The notes under the pieces were generated by a model. It was not told the origin of the DNA. It did not search any database and saw only the letters and a list, made by a program, of their open reading frames with translations. From contig JAMWCX010000001.1 of the NCBI GenBank assembly GCA_023818895.1, positions 239,789 through 271,788 of the forward strand: a DNA stretch of 32,000 bases, given 5' to 3'. A program made the translations under genes and the position numbers. This stretch comes from Candidatus Omnitrophota bacterium. GTDB lineage: Bacteria; Omnitrophota; Gorgyraeia; 2-01-FULL-45-10. Below are positions 7,474 to 15,542 of the stretch, one piece after another; the first letter of the stretch is position 1; each line of letters opens with the position of its first letter.

Positions 7474-8199
7474 TTATATTTTATCAATTACGTTACAGAT
7501 GCACTCGAGTTCATTGACCAATCCGGCCAGCAGCGCATCCGCTTCTTTATGAGTAAGAGCCATGGCCTTATTCCTGGCCCATAGTATCTCGTTAAATACT
7601 TTCGTATTTACGTGAAAATATGACTCTATCCCGGCCAATATCTCCGCCTTATGATAAGGCGGCTTTACCCCTTTAAGCCGCAGAAGGTTGCGAAGTATGT
7701 GAAGTGATGAGTTGAAAGACTTAAACAAAAGCCTCTCGGTGTCTTTCTTGCCTGATATCATAAGATACTGCTTTTTGATATTTATTATTTTCGAACGCAG
7801 CTCCTGCTCGCACTGGAAACGCAGGTTCCCGGTCTCGACCTTCAGACCGTTTGTGATGTCCTTGCCGAATAAAATAACATGGTTTTCAATAATGTCCAGA
7901 TACTCTATTGGAAAGACATCGAGCGATGACAGTATTTCGTTTTCGGTAAAAAAGACGGGGCTTATCAGCCTGAAGGAACGCGATTTTACAAGTCGATGCG
8001 CTTTCGCTATGCTTAAAAGACTTGAGTCCTTCAAGATTATCATCAAGTTTATGTTGGAATATCTGTCTGTGAACTCACCACTTGCCGCGCTTCCGTAAAG
8101 TATTACCGAAACGAGATTTTCGCCGTAAATGCCTTTGAGTTTCCCTACGAAATCTCTAACGGTCGCCTCAACCTGTGGCTGTAATTTCATCTGGTTCAT
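7474..8199 (-). CDS. Pol-beta superfamily nucleotidyltransferase-fold protein with helical C-terminal domain (KNTase/MNT-HEPN-like), catalytic Asp pair replaced by Asn
   Basis: 241 aa. The NTase signature region is LYGSAASGEFTDRYSNINLMIIL, so where G[GS]-x(9-13)-DxD is expected the sequence has NIN. The C-terminal ~120 aa look helical. Confidence 0.7.
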   Translation of the reverse strand: MNQMKLQPQVEATVRDFVGKLKGIYGENLVSVILYGSAASGEFTDRYSNINLMIILKDSSLLSIAKAHRLVKSRSFRLISPVFFTENEILSSLDVFPIEYLDIIENHVILFGKDITNGLKVETGNLRFQCEQELRSKIINIKKQYLMISGKKDTERLLFKSFNSSLHILRNLLRLKGVKPPYHKAEILAGIESYFHVNTKVFNEILWARNKAMALTHKEADALLAGLVNELECICNVIDKI

Positions 8200-8223
8200 A
8201 TAATATCCTCTGCCGCTATCTCC

Positions 8224-8880
8224 TCACCGGCCTATTTCTGATTCTATCCTGGTCACGATTCCGGCAAGATCCTTTAATACAGCTGCCGGCAACATCTTCG
8301 CGGCATCGACTTCTGCCTTGAGAGATTTAAGCGTTGAGATAAGGCGTCTTATAACCGCTTCCTTCCGTCTTCTTCTCGCCTCTTCCGGCCCCATCTCATC
8401 ACGTTGTCGTATCATGGCGCTCAGGGTTTTTCTGACATCCTTGGTTTCTTTTCCGGCCTCAAACACCTCTTTCTTCAAGGCCCTGTAATCAGCTTCATCT
8501 ATGGCCTTGTTGTCACGAGCAAGGCGCAGAACATTTATTGATTCGTAGCTCGGCAGCGATGCCACATCCGCTTCTGCGGTTCTTTCCCTTTCCAGAAGCG
8601 CCGGCTCCTCCCTCTCAAGAAAATAATACGATTTGAGGAGCTTCAAGGCGGTCGTTTTCCTTATGCCTATCTCTTTGACGGCGTATGCCCCAAACGTTAT
8701 GTAGCCCCACTGCCTGTAAAGCTTATCCTTCCAAACCGAATACAAGGCCTGGCCCAAGTCTATCCAAGAGGTCTTGAAGTTCTTCGCGCATTCAAGGATT
8801 CTCTGCCGGACAGGATCGCCCTCCGTTGTCTTCATCCTCTGTTCAAGGCCTGTAATGGCTTTTGTGGTCAATCTACCCAT
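8224..8880 (-). CDS. Hypothetical protein with a probable N-terminal HTH-like segment and a charged coiled-coil C-terminus
   Basis: 218-aa ORF. The segment WIDLGQALYSVWKDKLYRQWGYITFGAYAVKEIGIRKTTALKLLKSYYFL resembles HTH modules of ParB/KorB/DUF3102-like proteins. This is weak recognition by eye only. Confidence 0.55.
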   Translation of the reverse strand: MGRLTTKAITGLEQRMKTTEGDPVRQRILECAKNFKTSWIDLGQALYSVWKDKLYRQWGYITFGAYAVKEIGIRKTTALKLLKSYYFLEREEPALLERERTAEADVASLPSYESINVLRLARDNKAIDEADYRALKKEVFEAGKETKDVRKTLSAMIRQRDEMGPEEARRRRKEAVIRRLISTLKSLKAEVDAAKMLPAAVLKDLAGIVTRIESEIGR

Positions 8881-8886
8881 CGCACC

Positions 8887-11361
8887 CTATATCTTCATAT
8901 CCCAGATGGTTTTGGCATATTCCCGTACAGCCCTGTCAGACGAAAACTTGCCGGACTTGGCGACATTTATGATAGATTTTTTTGTCCATTCCGTCTTGTT
9001 GACGTATTGTTTTGAGACGGTATCCTGCATAGCACAGTATGAATCGAAGTCGGCGCAGACAAAGAAGTAATCCGTATACATAAGGTTGTTTATTATGGGA
9101 TCGAAAAGCCCGAATTCTACTGGGGATAAGAAGTTGGATTTTATTAGGTTTAATATTTCGCGCAGTGCAGGCGAAGCTTCTATGTACGCCATCGGATTGT
9201 ATCCGCGCGAGCGGATCTTTATTATCTCATCGGCTTTCAATCCGAATATGAATATATTGTCCTTGCCTACCTCCTCAGCAATCTCTATGTTTGCGCCATC
9301 GAGCGTTCCGATGGTGAGTGCGCCATTAATCATGAATTTCATGCACCCTGTTCCCGAGGCCTCGGTGCCAGCGGTAGATATCTGTTCCGATAGCTCGCTT
9401 GCTGGGAATATCTTTTCCGCTAGGGAGACTCTGTAGTTTTCCAGGAATACAACCTTTAACCTGTCGCCTACCTCCTTATCATTGTTTATAACGTCAGCCA
9501 GGCTCGTTATGAATTTTATTATAAGTTTGGCAGTAAAATATCCAGGAGCGGCCTTGCCACTGAATATGAAGGTGCGAGGCAGAATCGCCGCGGATGGGTT
9601 CTTCTTGAGCTTTAGGTATTGGGAGATTATGTAGAGGCTGAAAAGAAGCTGTCTTTTGTATTCATGCAGCCTTTTTATCTGGACATCGAAAAGTGAATAT
9701 GGATTTATCTCTACTCCGGTGGTTTTCTTGATATATTGGGCAAGATTTTTTTTGTTATCCAACTTAACGCGCTGCCATCTCTCTCTAAATGAGGCATCTT
9801 CTTTGAGCGGCAATAGCTTTTTCAACTCATAAAGGTTGGTGGCCCATTTGTCACCTATCGCATCGGTGATGATGGCAGAAAGGTCGGGATTTGCTTTCTG
9901 TAGCCACCGCCTTTGCGTAATGCCGTTAGTGATGTTTTTAAATCTCTCAGGCCATAACTCATAAAAATCCTTAAAGAGTATCGTCTTCAGAAGCCTGGTA
10001 TGCAGCTCGGAAACGCCGTTTATCGCATGGCTTCCCACAACTGCCAGATTTCCCATACGAACCTTTTTGGGATTACTTTCCTCTATCAGCGACATACGTC
10101 TCAAGCGATCGTTGTCGCCGGGAAATCTGGACGACACCTCTTTTAGGAACCGGAGGTTTATCTCATAAATAATCTGGAGATGCCGGGGCAGGAGCCGTTC
10201 AAAAAGGCTTACCGGCCAGCATTCAAGCGCCTCCGGCATTATCGTATGGTTTGTGTAGGCAAAGGTCTTTATCGTAACATCCCATGCGTCGTCCCATTCC
10301 ATTCCTTCCTCATCAACCAGTCGCCGCATGAGTTCTGGTATCGCTATCGAAGGGTGAGTATCGTTTAGCTGAATGGCGGCTTTGTCGGGGAGGTTCTTAA
10401 GGTCTTTGTTTTCCATCTTGAAACGCCTTATTATATCAGAGAGCGAGGCGCTGGTAAGAAAGTATTCCTGCTTAAGTCTTAGCTCTCTACCCTGGCTAAC
10501 GTTGTCGTTGGGATATAGGACTTTTGAAATGTTTTCGGTCAAGACCTTGTCGTAGACCGCCCTTTCGTAATCGCCGCTGTTGAAATAGCTGAAGTCAAAC
10601 TCTTCGCTCGCCCTCGCCGACCATAGCCGCAACGTATTAACCACGTTGTTCTTGTAGCCCACAATAGGTATATCAAACGGCATGGCAAGGACGTCATCGG
10701 TATCCACCCAGTTGGCTCGAAGTCTGCCATCCGGATCGTTTGACATAAACACACGACCGCCGAACCGTACCTTGACGGTATACTCTTGCCTCGGAAACTC
10801 CCAAGGATTTTCCTTCCTAAGCCACTCATCCGGAAATTCAACCTGGTAACCATTTATTATCTTTTGGTTGAATATGCCGTACTCATATCGTATGCCGTAT
10901 CCCTGCGCAGGCATACCGAGGGTCGCCATGGAATCCAGGAAACACGCCGCAAGCCTTCCTAAGCCACCGTTGCCTAAACCTGCGTCCGATTCACATTCGC
11001 GCAACTCTTCAAGGTTAAGACCGAGGTCTTTAGCCGCTTCCTCTGCCTCAGAAAAAAGGCCCAGGTTGATCATATTGGTGCCCAAAAGCCTGCCTATGAG
11101 AAACTCGAGAGAGAAATAATACACTCTTTTTACATTCTCATCGTGATACCTCTCTTGAGTGGCTATCCAGCGTTCGACTATCCTGTCGCGTATCGCAAAG
11201 GAAAGCGCCAGATAGTCATCGAATGTCGTTGCGGTGTATCTGTCCTTGGCAAGGGTGTATTCACGGTTAGCCACGAACGACAACCTCAGGCCGTCCTTGG
11301 TCATATCCTTATACACCCTATTGAATATCGTAGGGAGAGAATTCGCGGTTGACTTCTTCAT
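8887..11361 (-). CDS. glgP: Glycogen/alpha-glucan phosphorylase (GT35)
   Basis: 824 aa with DAGLGNGGLGRLAACFLDS, the pyridoxal-phosphate Lys context EASGTGCMKFMINGALTIGTLDGANIEI, and an overall GT35 layout. Confidence 0.96.
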   Translation of the reverse strand: MKKSTANSLPTIFNRVYKDMTKDGLRLSFVANREYTLAKDRYTATTFDDYLALSFAIRDRIVERWIATQERYHDENVKRVYYFSLEFLIGRLLGTNMINLGLFSEAEEAAKDLGLNLEELRECESDAGLGNGGLGRLAACFLDSMATLGMPAQGYGIRYEYGIFNQKIINGYQVEFPDEWLRKENPWEFPRQEYTVKVRFGGRVFMSNDPDGRLRANWVDTDDVLAMPFDIPIVGYKNNVVNTLRLWSARASEEFDFSYFNSGDYERAVYDKVLTENISKVLYPNDNVSQGRELRLKQEYFLTSASLSDIIRRFKMENKDLKNLPDKAAIQLNDTHPSIAIPELMRRLVDEEGMEWDDAWDVTIKTFAYTNHTIMPEALECWPVSLFERLLPRHLQIIYEINLRFLKEVSSRFPGDNDRLRRMSLIEESNPKKVRMGNLAVVGSHAINGVSELHTRLLKTILFKDFYELWPERFKNITNGITQRRWLQKANPDLSAIITDAIGDKWATNLYELKKLLPLKEDASFRERWQRVKLDNKKNLAQYIKKTTGVEINPYSLFDVQIKRLHEYKRQLLFSLYIISQYLKLKKNPSAAILPRTFIFSGKAAPGYFTAKLIIKFITSLADVINNDKEVGDRLKVVFLENYRVSLAEKIFPASELSEQISTAGTEASGTGCMKFMINGALTIGTLDGANIEIAEEVGKDNIFIFGLKADEIIKIRSRGYNPMAYIEASPALREILNLIKSNFLSPVEFGLFDPIINNLMYTDYFFVCADFDSYCAMQDTVSKQYVNKTEWTKKSIINVAKSGKFSSDRAVREYAKTIWDMKI

Positions 11362-11399
11362 ATTATAAACCTTTCATTGATAATTCTGTCTGCGACGAA

Positions 11400-12584
11400 C
11401 TAATTCAGCACGCCAGCACTGGTAGCGCGGTAGATAGAGCGCCGGCCAAATTTTGAGCGTATACGGTCTATGGCTGTATGCACAAGTTCTTGTTTTTCTT
11501 CGCCGATCCCATCGAAAAGCGTGCTCTTATGTCCTGCTGGCACAAGAGCCGATGCTTTCACGCCTAGCAGGCGAACGCGCCTTTTCGCCATATAGAAATC
11601 ATTATTATATAGGTGTTTTATTTCTTTGTAAAGAACATCGGCAAAGTTGGTGGGATGGTCGAGTGTTGCGGATCTGGTATGGGTAATAAATCCTTCAAGC
11701 CGAATCTTAAGGGTCGCTGTCCGACACCGCAAACCCTCTTCCCGGAGGCGACCAGACACCTTTTCGCATAGCGACATAAGCGCGCCCTCTATGATACGGA
11801 GATCAGAGGTATCTTGATCAAACGTCAGTTCGTTAGATACCGACCTGGCCTCATAAGCAGGTATGACTTCGCGGTCATCGATTCCATTTGCGAGTTGCCA
11901 GAAATGAAAACCGTTCTTGCCGAAAATTTCGCACAACTCTAATGGATCCTGTCTCGCAAGTTGACCTATGGTCCGTATGCCGATCTTGGAGAGCTCATCT
12001 GCACACTTTTTGCCCAATCCCCATATCCGGCTGACATCGAGCGGATGGAGGAATTCCAAAAGTTTCTCCTGAGAAACCTCTACAAGTCCATCCGGTTTTT
12101 TAAGATCCGAAGCGATCTTGGCCGCCATCTTGGTGGGAGCAAGGCCCACCGACGCAGTCAGGCCAGAGACGCTTTTGATGCGCTCCTTTATCTTCAAGCA
12201 GGTTTCAAGGGGGCCGCCAAAAAGATGATTGGTTTGCGTTATGTCCAGAAACGCCTCGTCTATGCTTATCGGTTCTATGTCGGGAGAAAAGGAATAAAGT
12301 ATCTCATATATAAGGTTGGATACGGATTCGTATTTTTCCATATCAACGGGGAGAAATACCGCATCCGGACATTTGCGCCAGGCAACAGAAATAGGCATTG
12401 CCGAATGAATGCCGAATTTTCGCGCCTCGTAAGAACATGCCGATACAACGCCCCTTCCTCTGCCGCCTTTCGGATCGGCACCAACTATAACGGGTCTCGA
12501 GCGGTAAGCAGGATTATCGCGCTGCTCGATAGCCGCGAAGAAAGCGTCCATATCAACATGGACGATGAACCGCCTTTTATGCAT
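11400..12584 (-). CDS. dinB: DNA polymerase IV (Y-family)
   Basis: 394 aa with IVHVDMDAFFAAIEQRDNP...RPVIVG, SIDEAFLD and HhH regions, typical of DinB. Confidence 0.95.
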   Translation of the reverse strand: MHKRRFIVHVDMDAFFAAIEQRDNPAYRSRPVIVGADPKGGRGRGVVSACSYEARKFGIHSAMPISVAWRKCPDAVFLPVDMEKYESVSNLIYEILYSFSPDIEPISIDEAFLDITQTNHLFGGPLETCLKIKERIKSVSGLTASVGLAPTKMAAKIASDLKKPDGLVEVSQEKLLEFLHPLDVSRIWGLGKKCADELSKIGIRTIGQLARQDPLELCEIFGKNGFHFWQLANGIDDREVIPAYEARSVSNELTFDQDTSDLRIIEGALMSLCEKVSGRLREEGLRCRTATLKIRLEGFITHTRSATLDHPTNFADVLYKEIKHLYNNDFYMAKRRVRLLGVKASALVPAGHKSTLFDGIGEEKQELVHTAIDRIRSKFGRRSIYRATSAGVLN

Positions 12585-12596
12585 CCAACAGAAGTC

Positions 12597-13007
12597 TTAT
12601 TTTGATTTGAAAAGAACCACCGCTTTTTCGTTCGCCGTGGTAGAGATTATTATCCTCGCCGGGCAACCTGCTGGACATGTCGTGCCGTAAATATAGCGAA
12701 TGTCTATCTTTTCGGCAGCCATCATTGCCGTTATGCTCTTGAGCGCCCCCGCTTTGTTTTCGAGGTCCACAATAACCACTTCGTTCTCTTTGGTATTCTT
12801 GTATCCGGCCTTCTGGATAGCTTCTTTCGCTCGGAGCGTGTCGGCCGCGACGATCATTATCTTCGCTTCATTGTTCGCGGCATACCCGGCAACACCTTCA
12901 ATATTTATGCCATGGTCAGCCAGTATCTTCGATATGTTGGCCAGCACGCCTATCTTGTTCTCCGTGGTTACAACTATCTCTTTTCCCAGACTCGCCCCTT
13001 TTATCAT
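12597..13007 (-). CDS. Stand-alone tandem ACT domain protein (paralog of 30383-30808)
   Basis: 136 aa with two beta-alpha-beta-beta-alpha-beta ACT-like units (EIVVTTENKIGVLANISKILADHGINI and VVIVDLENKAGALKSITAMMAAEKIDI). A strong SD (GAAAGGAGGG) precedes the ATG. Confidence 0.75.
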   Translation of the reverse strand: MIKGASLGKEIVVTTENKIGVLANISKILADHGINIEGVAGYAANNEAKIMIVAADTLRAKEAIQKAGYKNTKENEVVIVDLENKAGALKSITAMMAAEKIDIRYIYGTTCPAGCPARIIISTTANEKAVVLFKSK

Positions 13008-13097
13008 ACCGCCCTCCTTTCAAATTTACGAAGCGACCAAGATTCCCTCCACACGATTAATCCTTCGCCTGTCCTTAAGGACCCTTCTATTAATATT

Positions 13098-13126
13098 ATG
13101 ATACACCCCTTGGAAAACGATGTAAA
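13098..13126 (-). promoter_or_regulatory. Candidate sigma70-type promoter for the ACT-dinB unit (TTTACA-17 nt-TATCAT)
   Basis: The minus strand reads TTTACA (13126-13121), a 17-nt spacer TCGTTTTCCAAGGGGTG, then TATCAT (13103-13098). It starts immediately after the exonuclease-WYL stop and leaves a leader of roughly 80-90 nt before the ACT ATG. Confidence 0.45.
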
Positions 13127-13942
13127 CTATTTTTCTGCATCCATATCAACTATGCAGTCCAGTCTGAATACGCGCTCCTGATTTCTCAGGTGGCAGTGAG
13201 CCACTATATAAGAACGATCGTAGCCCGACCTTATCTTCTTCGGAGTTATGATTCGCTGCGTCAGTGTATTGTTCCAAGATGATTTATAGGTTATGTTTAG
13301 TTTTTTCTGTTCACGTATGGCTTCCTCTATCTGCCTCAACCTCCAATCTGACACAAGGCGCAACGGAGAGATTTTCTTTGATGATACGTTTTCGATACTC
13401 TCAACGGTGGAAATTCCCAAAGATTTAAGAATCGCGAGCTCTTTTTTAAAAACCTCAAGCGTCATAAAAGCGTCAGACAGAGCGCGGTGTTCCCGGCGAG
13501 GATGAATACCTAGTGACCGGACGACATTGGCGAGGTCATATCTTCCTATGTCCGGGAAAAGCGTTCGCGCTAATTTCAGGGCATCTATTATGTAATACCC
13601 TTCAAGCGTTGCTTTATTTGGGCCGAGCGCCGCCTCGAGGAATCCCACATCAAATCCGGCGTTATATGCTACCAAAATGCTTCCCTCGATGAATTTCATG
13701 AAAGATGGTAGCACATCTTCGATACAGGGTTTGCCCCGAAGCATATCTTCGGTTATTCCATTCACCTTGAAGGCGGCCGCAGATATCGGTCTTCGAGGAT
13801 CTATGAGGGTGTGGAATTTTTTTACCTTTCGAGCCGGCGAGAACTTTATGGCGCCTATCTCGCATATCCTGTCGCCCGAATAAGGATAAAGACCGGTTGT
13901 CTCTACGTCAAAGACCGTGAAAGACGCCTCACGCAGTTTCAT
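13127..13942 (-). CDS. DEDDh (DnaQ/epsilon-like) 3'-5' exonuclease fused to a C-terminal WYL domain
   Basis: 271 aa. Exo motifs: FTVFDVETTGL (Exo I), LVAYNAGFDVGFL (Exo II), HRALSDAFMTLEVF (Exo III, H-x4-D). The C-terminus KLNITYKSSWNNTLTQRIITPKKIRSGYDRSYIVAHCHLRNQERVFRLDCI fits the WYL-domain pattern (..Y.....R.I.P......yhvA.c......R.FRLD.I). The ATG overlaps the OCD stop (ATGA). Confidence 0.8.
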   Translation of the reverse strand: MKLREASFTVFDVETTGLYPYSGDRICEIGAIKFSPARKVKKFHTLIDPRRPISAAAFKVNGITEDMLRGKPCIEDVLPSFMKFIEGSILVAYNAGFDVGFLEAALGPNKATLEGYYIIDALKLARTLFPDIGRYDLANVVRSLGIHPRREHRALSDAFMTLEVFKKELAILKSLGISTVESIENVSSKKISPLRLVSDWRLRQIEEAIREQKKLNITYKSSWNNTLTQRIITPKKIRSGYDRSYIVAHCHLRNQERVFRLDCIVDMDAEK

Positions 13943-14931
13943 CCTCTAAAATCCACCTTACTTGCTATCCCGCCGCGCCTGAGAGCTGCGCGATAAACAT
14001 ATTCGGCTACCGCTATGTCCTGTATGGCCAGTCCCGTGGAATCAAATATAGTTATATCTTCGGGTGAGTTTCGGCCCCTTCTTGCACCTGTTATCACCTG
14101 ACCGAGCGTGGCGTGTATGCGCGATGCGTTCCAGGTTTTTTGGGCGACAGGCACGTTTATCTCACCGCTGTGTATTGCCTGCGTTATGTCATCGACAACA
14201 ACCTTCGCCCCGTGCAGCAGCAAGGCCTCAAGCTCCTCCTTGCCTCTGGCGTCGGCTCCTATGGCATTTATGTGAGCTCCCTTTTTTACCCACGCGGCCT
14301 TCACAATCGGCTTTCTTGACGGCGTTGTCGTTACTATTATGTCCTTATCCCTGACACATCCCTCCGCATCTTTAGCCTTAAAGGCCTTTATCCCCAATTC
14401 TCGGCATCTACGGTTGAACCTTTCGACCTGACGGGCGTCGCTATCATAAATAAAAACGGCTTTGAGATGGAATATCTCGTTTAGGGCCAAGAGCTGGTAA
14501 AAGGCTTGGGTGCCGCAGCCGATGAAACCTACCGTCTCGGACTCTTTTCGCGCAAGATATTTCGCCGCTATGCCGCCGGAGGCACCAGTGCGGTAGTTTG
14601 TTATGTAAGTTCCGTCCATTACCGCGAGAGGAAAGCCTGTTCGCGGATTACTTAATATTATCAGCGCCATAACGGCGGGGGTTCCTCGCCCTGTATTCAA
14701 GGGGTGAACGTTCACCCACTTTATTCCACATGCCTCCGGATTTTCTATGTAGGCGGGCATCGCCCGAAAGTCGCCACAATATTTTTCGAGATGTATATAT
14801 ATCTTAGGAGGCATCTGGACAGTGTGTCGACAATGCGCGATAAAGGCGCGCTCCACAATCGTGATAACACGACGCATGGATAGGACGCTTGCTATGTCGC
14901 GGCGCGTAAGGATAAGGGTCTTATTTTGCAT
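13939..14931 (-). CDS. Ornithine cyclodeaminase / mu-crystallin family NAD(P)-dependent enzyme
   Basis: 330 aa with an OCD-family N-terminus (ILTRRDIASVLSMRRVITIVERAF...), GDFRAMPAY, IKWVNVHP and a Rossmann GFIGCGTQAFYQL. The exact substrate cannot be deduced. Confidence 0.85.
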   Translation of the reverse strand: MQNKTLILTRRDIASVLSMRRVITIVERAFIAHCRHTVQMPPKIYIHLEKYCGDFRAMPAYIENPEACGIKWVNVHPLNTGRGTPAVMALIILSNPRTGFPLAVMDGTYITNYRTGASGGIAAKYLARKESETVGFIGCGTQAFYQLLALNEIFHLKAVFIYDSDARQVERFNRRCRELGIKAFKAKDAEGCVRDKDIIVTTTPSRKPIVKAAWVKKGAHINAIGADARGKEELEALLLHGAKVVVDDITQAIHSGEINVPVAQKTWNASRIHATLGQVITGARRGRNSPEDITIFDSTGLAIQDIAVAEYVYRAALRRGGIASKVDFRG

Positions 14932-15541
14932 TTGCTATCAGGTTTTTGATAGAGCGGCGTATGTTGTCGAAATCCTTATTTTCAAGCCACTCCTTCCTGA
15001 AGATACTGGCGCCGAACGCCACGGCGCTTGCACCATTTGAGAAGTATGCCTTGATGTTTTCAGCACTTATCCCACCGCAGGCAAGTATCTCAATGTCTTG
15101 AAAAGGGGCCTTTAACTCTTTTATATATGACGGTCCTAACATACCGGCGGGGAATACCTTGACCATAGTCGCGCCCTCGGCCCATGCCTCATAAACCTCG
15201 CCTGGCGAAAAGGCGCCGGGGAACACAGGTATCTTCCTTCCTACACACGTCTTTACGATATCGCGGACAAGAACAGGCATTACTATAAATGTCGCCCCTG
15301 CCCTAAGCGCCTCTTCCAGCACCCGGCGGCTTAAGACGGTGCCGGCGCCTATCATAAGCTTTCCGCCTGAGGCCTTAACGGCCCGGCGGATAAGAGATGC
15401 GGCATGATAAGAATTCATCGCGATTTCTATAGCCTCAAGGCCTGATCCAATAACGGTTTCTACGATTTCCTCAACCGGCAAGGGGCCTTCGACCCTAAGT
15501 ATCCCCATTATCGGCATTTTTTTGAAACGTTTTAGATCCAT
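14921..15541 (-). CDS. KDPG / 4-hydroxy-2-oxoglutarate aldolase family (Eda-like) class I aldolase
   Basis: The family pattern is present: PIMGILRVEG, IEIAMNS, IGAGTVL, GATFIVMP, FPGAFSPGE, and the Schiff-base Lys context GATMVKVFPAG. I trimmed the ORF-track start (15583) to ATG 15541 (MDLKRFKK...), which sits 1 nt after the upstream stop (TAAtATG). Confidence 0.8.
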   Translation of the reverse strand: MDLKRFKKMPIMGILRVEGPLPVEEIVETVIGSGLEAIEIAMNSYHAASLIRRAVKASGGKLMIGAGTVLSRRVLEEALRAGATFIVMPVLVRDIVKTCVGRKIPVFPGAFSPGEVYEAWAEGATMVKVFPAGMLGPSYIKELKAPFQDIEILACGGISAENIKAYFSNGASAVAFGASIFRKEWLENKDFDNIRRSIKNLIANAK

Positions 15542-15542
15542 A

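Noticed and set aside
11961-12605. 214-aa plus-strand ORF, the longest plus-strand ORF in the track
   Set aside because: It lies entirely antisense to dinB, whose minus-strand product has unmistakable Y-family polymerase motifs. The plus-strand product is low-complexity (R, L, S, Y, F rich) with no recognisable motif. It is a shadow ORF.
12590-12640. GAAC...GTTC half-sites near the dinB start, as a possible Cheo-type LexA/SOS box
   Set aside because: The spacing is 12 nt (GAACCACCGCTTTTTCGTTC), not the 4 nt of the CGAAC-N4-GTTCG box. The element lies inside the ACT coding sequence, and I see no CTGT-N8-ACAG box either.
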